From a virus (taxonomy: Duplodnaviria > Heunggongvirae > Uroviricota > Caudoviricetes), in IMG/VR virus record IMGVR_UViG_3300047567_000058, positions 80,405 through 144,404 of that record: a stretch of DNA of 64,000 nt, one strand, 5' to 3'. Position 1 is the first letter of the stretch, and each line of letters opens with the position of its first letter. Made by a program: the position numbers and the translations under genes. Positions 57,215 to 64,000 of the stretch are shown here, in pieces. Under the pieces are notes generated by a model, which saw only the letters and a program-made list of their open reading frames with translations, did no database searches and was not told the DNA's origin.

Positions 57215-59363
57215 TCACAGCATCACCTGATACCCGGTTACGGAATTGGCCGAGCTTGAAATCGATATGGAAACGTTGCTGCTGTATTTGAAAGACCCGC
57301 CGTGGTAATAGAACGGAAGATGGACGTAATAGTATTTGTTGGAGGAGTCCTTCTCAGGGACGATTCCGTATTCGCAATCGATCAGCGACGCGGCTGACGA
57401 GGCTGTCGAAGATCCATAGACGTAAACGTCAAACGGAGACGATGTGCTCATTTCCATATAGACTGCCATGAACGTTCCGCTTAAGATGGGAAGCCTTCCG
57501 GATCCAGATGCCTTAATGGTCATGGCTGGCTGATTGTCAGCCATCTTCTTGAGATTGGATTTTATCGTGTGGATATTGTTTTCTATGGCCTGGGCTGAGC
57601 TTGAGGACAGATATGCCATGTAATTGCTTATGGCTGTTGATACTGAGCTGGCTATCGAATCGAGGGAATTATTTAAATTTCCCTGCAAAACATACTCGGA
57701 TCCTGACGTCGACACCGATATCTCACCGTCTATGACGGCTTGTCCGACGTAGCTGTCGTACGCAAGATCATACGCTATTACGTCATGCGTCTTGGATATC
57801 GACGACGCCGTATCGCATGCGGACATTACGTCGCAATACGATATCGGTGAATTAGTCGGAGAATATATCCCGGAGTAATTATCGATGATATTGACGTCAT
57901 CTGAAGAAGTGGCTGACCCAGGGATTCAAATACGTGCTGTCAGACACGCTTGGGACGTCTGGCGTGTTGTAATCCTCGATGCAGATCTCATTATATAGAT
58001 CTCCAGAAGACGACTTCATGCCGTCGACATCTTTTGACGATGTCAGACTTCCGCCGTTGAATATTTCAACAAATTCGTTGGCTAGCTTAAGGTTATGCTT
58101 GTAGATATGCTTCCTAAGAAGATACCCATTGACATTGAACGACGTTTCTTGAGTGGCTATATCGAAGTATCTCATTCTGTTCATTCTCGGAAGAACTTCG
58201 CAGTATTGGCTAGACAAAGCGCATCCCGATGCGTTGGTCGTGGAATTGAATGCGACGCTTGCCACGATTCCGGTCGAGTTGATAGAAGCCGAGTAATCTA
58301 TGCCAGGTATAAGCTTCTTTCCTTTGTAATAGATGACGAAGTCCGACATCATGTGGAATTTGAATACGGATATGTCGCTGAATTTTTCAATCAGAGAGCT
58401 TGACTCAAGCTGCTTGCTTCTAGGGCATAGGAAGATCTTATATGAGCTGCTGATTCCAGTCAGAGACGCATACACGACCGACTTGGCTGGATCCGACTTG
58501 GTGTCGCTGGTTTTAAGCAGCTTGAAATAAGTCGATTGCTTCGATACGAGATTGGCATCGTTGCTTCCGATGGCCGTCTGAGAGATGAATTCGTTAGCCG
58601 ATGACGAATCGATCAGCGTAAGAGAATACGATGACGCGTTAAGGACTCGTTCATACCCGCCGATTGAGTCAACGGCTATGACATCGTAATCCGATGTCGA
58701 TAAGGAGTCGAATCCTGGCCATGAGTAATCTGTGCTTATTGATCCTATGAATGCCTTTGACGTGCTATCGTAGGAAAGTTCGAATCTAGGAGCGGAGTAA
58801 TCCGACGTGCTTTGCGATCTTTGATTCTTATGGTCTGTGACGTATGTGAAGGATGCCGAAGAATCAGCGTCGTCTATCTTAGCCTCATATTGGGCGTTGG
58901 CGTTTCTGTTGTACGCCCGATCGATCAGGATATAAGCGCTTTTATCGACATTGATCTCAGCATCCCGATATGATTCTGAGATATCTTTATCCCGTTGTAA
59001 TAAACGTACGGAACGAAATCGAACATTGCCGGAGATCTCGACTGGCTCCCGTAATCCGGGATCTTCAGAACATAGAATTGGCTGAACAGATCTGAGCTGC
59101 TGATGGCCCTTGTTATTCGATTTGATAAGGCTCGTGTAAAGAGATAAGAAGTTATCGGTTAGCTGACTTTGCATGCTGCTCTGATAATTCGGAAACTGCA
59201 GGAGATAGCCATAGGCGTCCCCTCCGAAGATTCCGTTGCTTACGGACATAGTCACGTTATCGCTGGCGCTGCTAGCGGTGCTCTGATACAGCTGTATCAG
59301 AGTCGGCATGTCGCTTATGCTAGCTTGCGATATGGCAATAGGCCCGTACTTCTTTATCATCAT
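57215..59363 (-). CDS. large Ser-rich, likely structural protein (indel at 57921-57923, possibly others)
   Basis: Removing one base joins 57897..59363 to 57215..57826 (YLNPGSATSSDDVNIIDNYSG...VMSACD). Confidence 0.65.
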
Positions 59364-59385
59364 TAGCTTATCCGCCTAAGACTAT

Positions 59386-60456
59386 TCATCTAATCTTTGA
59401 GACAACCGCGGCATGCAAGGCCTGAAGCCCGTCTTTGGCTAGATCCGGGGCTCTGTTGGAAAGACGATTCATGTTTCCGAGTCTTGCGTTATGAAGAGCG
59501 GCAAAGAGATAATGCAGCAAATACGGGACGTATTCTATTGCCAGATAGCATCCTTCTCCGCAGGTTCTCTGCCACGACGCCGTGAAATCATTGTAATTGG
59601 CCGCGGCTTTGTACATCGAAGATGAAAGCTGCGTGATGAAGTCATTGGCGTTGTCATACTTGATGTCGTCAAGAGTGTCTTCGTAAAGCTTGAGAGAATC
59701 GAATGTGGTGTCATAGCGGCAGCCATATTCCCATGCAAGTTTGTCAGTGGTATCCGATGGGGCCATCCCAAGATTATGGATCATGAAGAACTTCGCCGCG
59801 GTGTAGTAAATCGCGTCGTTGTTGAATGAGTCTCCGACAAACGGGCTCTTGCATGCCATGTTGAATGAGATGTAGAACAGCCCGGTATACAATCTGACGA
59901 GGTTTGAAAGAACGTCGGTCTTTCTCAAAATATCGTCTCCTTCTCCGCAGCAAAGCATATGATATGCGATGACTCCGGTCTCAAGGCAGGATATAAGATC
60001 GCTCAAAGACTCGAGGCCTTCGTATTGAGATCCGTCCTCGCTCCACTTTCCGATGCGATACATGTTTAGATAAACGCACTTTCCGACGTTGCGCGGAGCG
60101 GAAAGCTTATTTGACAGCGCGGTTGTCTGAGGAGCCGCCACCGGGGAAGGCGCGATGATGAACGGCATCGATGGAGGGACGTCATCTCCGCCAAGGTCAA
60201 AGAGATAGATGCTGGGGACGGATGATGTGTAAAGATCAAGCGCTTCCATAAGAAGCGGGAGAGCCGATGACTTTCTCTTGATCTTTAGCTTCTCGATCTC
60301 GAGGGCGATGTTATCGGGGCGGATAAGGCCGATTCCTTTGACCAGCTTCGGAATCGATGCGGTTATGCGCTGCTCAATGCTTCCGGATCCGGTGTCTCCG
60401 TTATTCGATGCGTTCCCGAAGATCTTGTATGAATACGACTGACTTAGCATTAACAT
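59386..60456 (-). CDS. hypothetical late protein
   Basis: 356 aa ORF behind late promoter motif. Confidence 0.75.
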   Translation of the reverse strand: MLMLSQSYSYKIFGNASNNGDTGSGSIEQRITASIPKLVKGIGLIRPDNIALEIEKLKIKRKSSALPLLMEALDLYTSSVPSIYLFDLGGDDVPPSMPFIIAPSPVAAPQTTALSNKLSAPRNVGKCVYLNMYRIGKWSEDGSQYEGLESLSDLISCLETGVIAYHMLCCGEGDDILRKTDVLSNLVRLYTGLFYISFNMACKSPFVGDSFNNDAIYYTAAKFFMIHNLGMAPSDTTDKLAWEYGCRYDTTFDSLKLYEDTLDDIKYDNANDFITQLSSSMYKAAANYNDFTASWQRTCGEGCYLAIEYVPYLLHYLFAALHNARLGNMNRLSNRAPDLAKDGLQALHAAVVSKIR

Positions 60457-60481
60457 AGGTTCTATCCCCGATTATGTGCAG

Positions 60482-60550
60482 ATAATCAATTGTTCGAGAC
60501 GGCCTAAGCGCCCCTGCCAACTAGAACTTAGCGCTCCAACAATCGATTAT
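60482..60550. promoter_or_regulatory. divergent AR9-type late promoters
   Basis: AACAATTGATTAT (-, 60482-60494) and AACAATCGATTAT (+, 60538-60550). Confidence 0.7.
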
Positions 60551-60636
60551 CCACGAGGGTGGCATATGCCAGCATAGACAAAAGTCGCTGCCGTTAGTTT
60601 CCGGAGAAATAAAAAAATAAATCCAAGGAATCATCA

Positions 60637-61360
60637 ATGTCATCTTACAAAAGCAAGCATTCAGATCCTATTAGAGAGAACAAGAATCCTAACGTCGTGA
60701 TGTGCATCGATTTCAGCGATAACAAAGAGCAGCGCGAGCTTATCCGTCTGATGAATCAAAATGAGGCTCCTGTCATATTCTGCGAAGGATTGGCTGGGAC
60801 CGGAAAGACCTTCACCGCGGTCGCCGCGGCCCCTCGACCTCGTGATATTCAAGAAGAAATACTCCAAGATCTATTATATCCGAGAGCCGGTTGAGGTCGG
60901 GCATTCAATCGGATTCCTCCCTGGGGAGCTCGAAGACAAATACGGCGTATACCTCGACGGCCTTCAGGACAACATCGATCATATCCATGAATTCTGCCAG
61001 CTTCCGGTCAACGCGCTCAAAGACAAGATCGAATGCGTCCCGCCGGAGTTCGTCAGAGGAAGATCATTCGAGAATGCGATCATCATCGCCGACGAAGCCC
61101 AGAACTTCACTCTGACGACGATCCAGACCCTGATGACCAGACTCGGCAAGTACTGCAAGATCGTCTTCCACGGCAGCACCAACCAGATCGACGTAAAGGG
61201 CTTCACCAAGGAAAACAACGACTTCATGAAGTCATATGCCATCGTCAAGGATACGGGTCTCGTGTCATACGTCCAGCTTAAGAAATCCGAGCGATCGGCG
61301 GCATCTGCGATTCTCGATGAGGCTTTCGCTAAATACGAAGACAAGAAAGTCGATCAGTGA
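60637..61360 (+). CDS. phoH: PhoH-like ATPase (frameshift at 60830-60833)
   Basis: EQRELI, GLAGTGKT, IGFLPGELEDK, RGRSF, IIADEAQN, TRLG, QID. Confidence 0.9.
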
Positions 61361-61367
61361 CGTGCCG

Positions 61368-61414
61368 AAAAAATAAAAAAAGACCGGAGCATCGAATTGC
61401 ATCGGTCTCTTTTT
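61368..61414. terminator. bidirectional terminator
   Basis: GACCG...CGGTC hairpin with A and T flanks between convergent genes. Confidence 0.6.
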
Positions 61415-61415
61415 G

Positions 61416-63919
61416 TCAGATTCCGGATGACGCCATGAGCGCCACGTCGATAGCTGCTTTGCGGTGAATGAGCAACGGAGATCTGCTTATCGCATCCGTC
61501 GCCTCTTTCATGGTCAGCCCGAACATGTACGCGATGAAATTGGAATTGTACGCGTCGTATTTTCTGCGATACTTTTCAGAATAGTATGTCTCAGAGTTCT
61601 TGCTGAACGTGATGCAATCCTGTATCTCAGCCGGAGCGAGAAGCGACTCGTTGAGGCAGCTGATCACCGCGCAGAGATATTCGGATCTGACGTCTTCTCC
61701 GCTGTGGCTTGTCGGGCTGTCGTTGTGGATCATCGTATTGAGAGCTATGATGAAACGCTCGTGCCTAGGCTTCTTCGATCTCAGGATCTGAAGCATAAGC
61801 GTTGGGGCGATATCGATCACGACATCGGTTCCGTAATCAAGGATCATGGCGTATCGAAATGCCATGAACCATGTTTCGGCGGAGCAGATGTCTTTGGCTG
61901 TGTTGTTCCAAACGAGGTCTCGGCTTGACGAATTTAGAATATGCCGATAAGCTCCGATCGGGCTGTCGTCATAAGAATATGACGACACGCTTTTTTGCTT
62001 GATGGCGCCTTCGTACAGAGAAGTGCATTTCGACGCCAAGGAAACGGGCAGAACGCTACCTGATATTTGATGACCTCATAATCGAACATGAAGTCGCTCA
62101 GACATTTGATGGTGCGCTCTTTGAGATGATCCTTCTGAATGATGTTGATGATGAACGGAAGCCGGTCGCAAGCTTTGGCGATGATGTTACGGATGTAGTT
62201 TTCATCGCTTCCGTATGTCTCTGACAGGACGTGATCGGCAGCGGTTAGAAGGCTGTCGGAAGACGTCGCGCAAAGACGGTTGTTGCTGAACCATGCGTCG
62301 CTCTTTAAGCAATCGATCATGCAGCTAGCGACCTTGATGAACCCGCCGTTAACGATGGCGATGTCGCTTGAATTGGCATCAGCCGCCATCGACGCCATAA
62401 GGGCATGTATCTCGGGATAGTAGTATTTTTTGATGTCGAAGTAGTGACGCTTCAATCCTCTGGTCATGGTCGCCGGAGCTTTTGCGTAGGCAATGGTTCC
62501 GTAGATCGACTCGAATGCGTATATCTTGTCGTCAAGGCCGATGCCGTTGGATTCGGAAAAGCTCTTTAGAACGTTTCCTCCGCGCTTGATGGCCTCGAGA
62601 TACATCACGGATTTATTGAATAGAGACTTCGAAATAGGCCCGTGGTTGTAATTCGAGATTTCCTCAAGCAAGTAAGAAGACGTCCTTGAGATGCTGCTGA
62701 TGTGATCGATATTGGTGTCGATATTATTGAATGAGATGAAATTGTCGTCGCTCATCCCTTTGATGACGTCATAGAACGGCGTCGGAAGCCTATTGAGGAA
62801 CTTGCCGTCGTTGATGATTGCTTTGAGGAACGCATGCCCATTCGCATCGAGATCCGGAACGTTTCCGGCGGCGATTACGATGTCGTGTATCCGCTTAAGG
62901 AGATCAAGTCTGGATTCCTCTGAAATGAGCATCGCGTAAGTGGCCGACGTCGCAAGATAAGGATCAACAGATCCTACTTCCTGCTCGCAGATGCTGACAT
63001 CGTGCCCCGACGCCGGAATGATAGTCAACGCATATGCGCCGATGATCGACTCCATCATCGGATCTGGAACGAAATCGCAGTCGGTGTCAGATTCGAATAT
63101 GCCGCTCTTAACTGAGACGTAACCAAGAAGCTGACGCTCGTATTCTTTGATCGGTGAAGTAAAGAAGTATAGGCTTGATCCTTGATTCACGAATTTTTGG
63201 AGACGAAGGAATTCTTGATTCGGGCACTGCTGAATATTGTCTGGGGTATCGGATCCGTACCAGTTGTACTGAAACGGAACCGACCCAAGGAATGAATTGA
63301 CGTATCTGTCTGTTCTGGCGATGGCTTCGAGAGTCCTAAGATTAAAGGATTCCGTAGCAGAGCAGAGATCTCTGGCCAGCGTCTCCTTGGCTTTTGTCGG
63401 ATATGGCGTTTCAGACATCATCGAGTTGGCGACGCAGCACATAACGCACAGCCAATCAAGGATGTATTTGCAGTAAAGCGCTGACTGAAAGTTGTTGCTT
63501 GCGTATTTGTAAGATGTGGTTCCGACATAGTCATCGGATATGATGGCTTTTGAGATGAACTCTGAAACCATCGTGTCTCCGGTGCTCACATAGACCAATC
63601 TGATCTTGGCGAGAGATGTCTCTTCAGGATCAAGGTCCTTTCCGAGCATGAGCACTGGGATTCCGATCGTGTCTAATTTCTTAGATTTGATGCATCGGAC
63701 TAAGTTATCGGCTAATTCTTTGAATGCCGCAAAAACGCTTCCGCGCTGTTCCGTCATTTCCGGAATGATCATGGAATGCTCAAACGGATCTTGATTCATT
63801 CCGATGACTGATCCGATTTTGATGATGTTCTGATCTTTGTCGAACACCATGAAGTCATTATATTCAGTGAACGCATGAATATAATCTTTAATCGTATTCT
63901 CTGACTTTACTTCTATCAT
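61416..63919 (-). CDS. large hypothetical protein (probable indel near 62065 joining two track ORFs)
   Basis: Adding one A gives EVIKISGSVLPVSLASKCTSLYE; AAAGGAG SD at 63919. Confidence 0.65.
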
Positions 63920-64000
63920 AAATGTGTTCTCCTTTCACTTTAAAATATTAGCAAGATACCCTTATATTAAGACCGCGGCTGATGTAGCCGTCAACGGTCA

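Noticed and set aside
10743-62065. Programmed frameshifting in many genes (11255, 44080, 48769, 49174, 52185, 53576, 55653, 57922, 60831; deletions near 10743 and 62065)
   Set aside because: Each is a single-base indel in a 3-4 nt homopolymer, hitting essential enzymes (DnaB, Dda, SbcD, PhoH) without shared slippery or stimulator signals; typical long-read error. Raw reads would settle it.
61416-64000. Assigning functions to the large right-end ORFs
   Set aside because: No recognisable motifs; left as hypothetical.

Overview
64 kb of a jumbo phage genome of the phiKZ/AR9(PBS1)-type lineage (about 50% GC by eye, mostly minus-strand). It encodes split subunits of two multisubunit RNA polymerases, UvsX/RecA, DnaB- and Dda-like helicases, SbcC/SbcD, PhoH, tail/baseplate-like late genes, a tmRNA and 45 tRNA genes covering all 20 amino acids. 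Sigma-A-like promoters, AAAGGA-type SD sites and a YAYAA-ended tmRNA tag suggest a Bacillota-type host (inference). Most notable: (1) a retron-type reverse transcriptase with a long N-terminal extension and an unknown Cys-rich partner gene, lying between the two halves of the non-virion RNAP beta subunit and flanked by hairpins; (2) a GG-[A/T]15-17-CC motif recurring about every 2 kb, also inside genes; (3) systematic U33->C and U55->C/T-loop substitutions at near-invariant tRNA positions; (4) candidate structured ncRNAs in the tRNA operons; (5) AR9-type AACA-N6-TA late promoters, three predicting leaderless mRNAs. About ten genes carry single-base indels in short homopolymers, most likely sequencing errors. 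All assignments were made by eye from motifs; no searches or folding were run.
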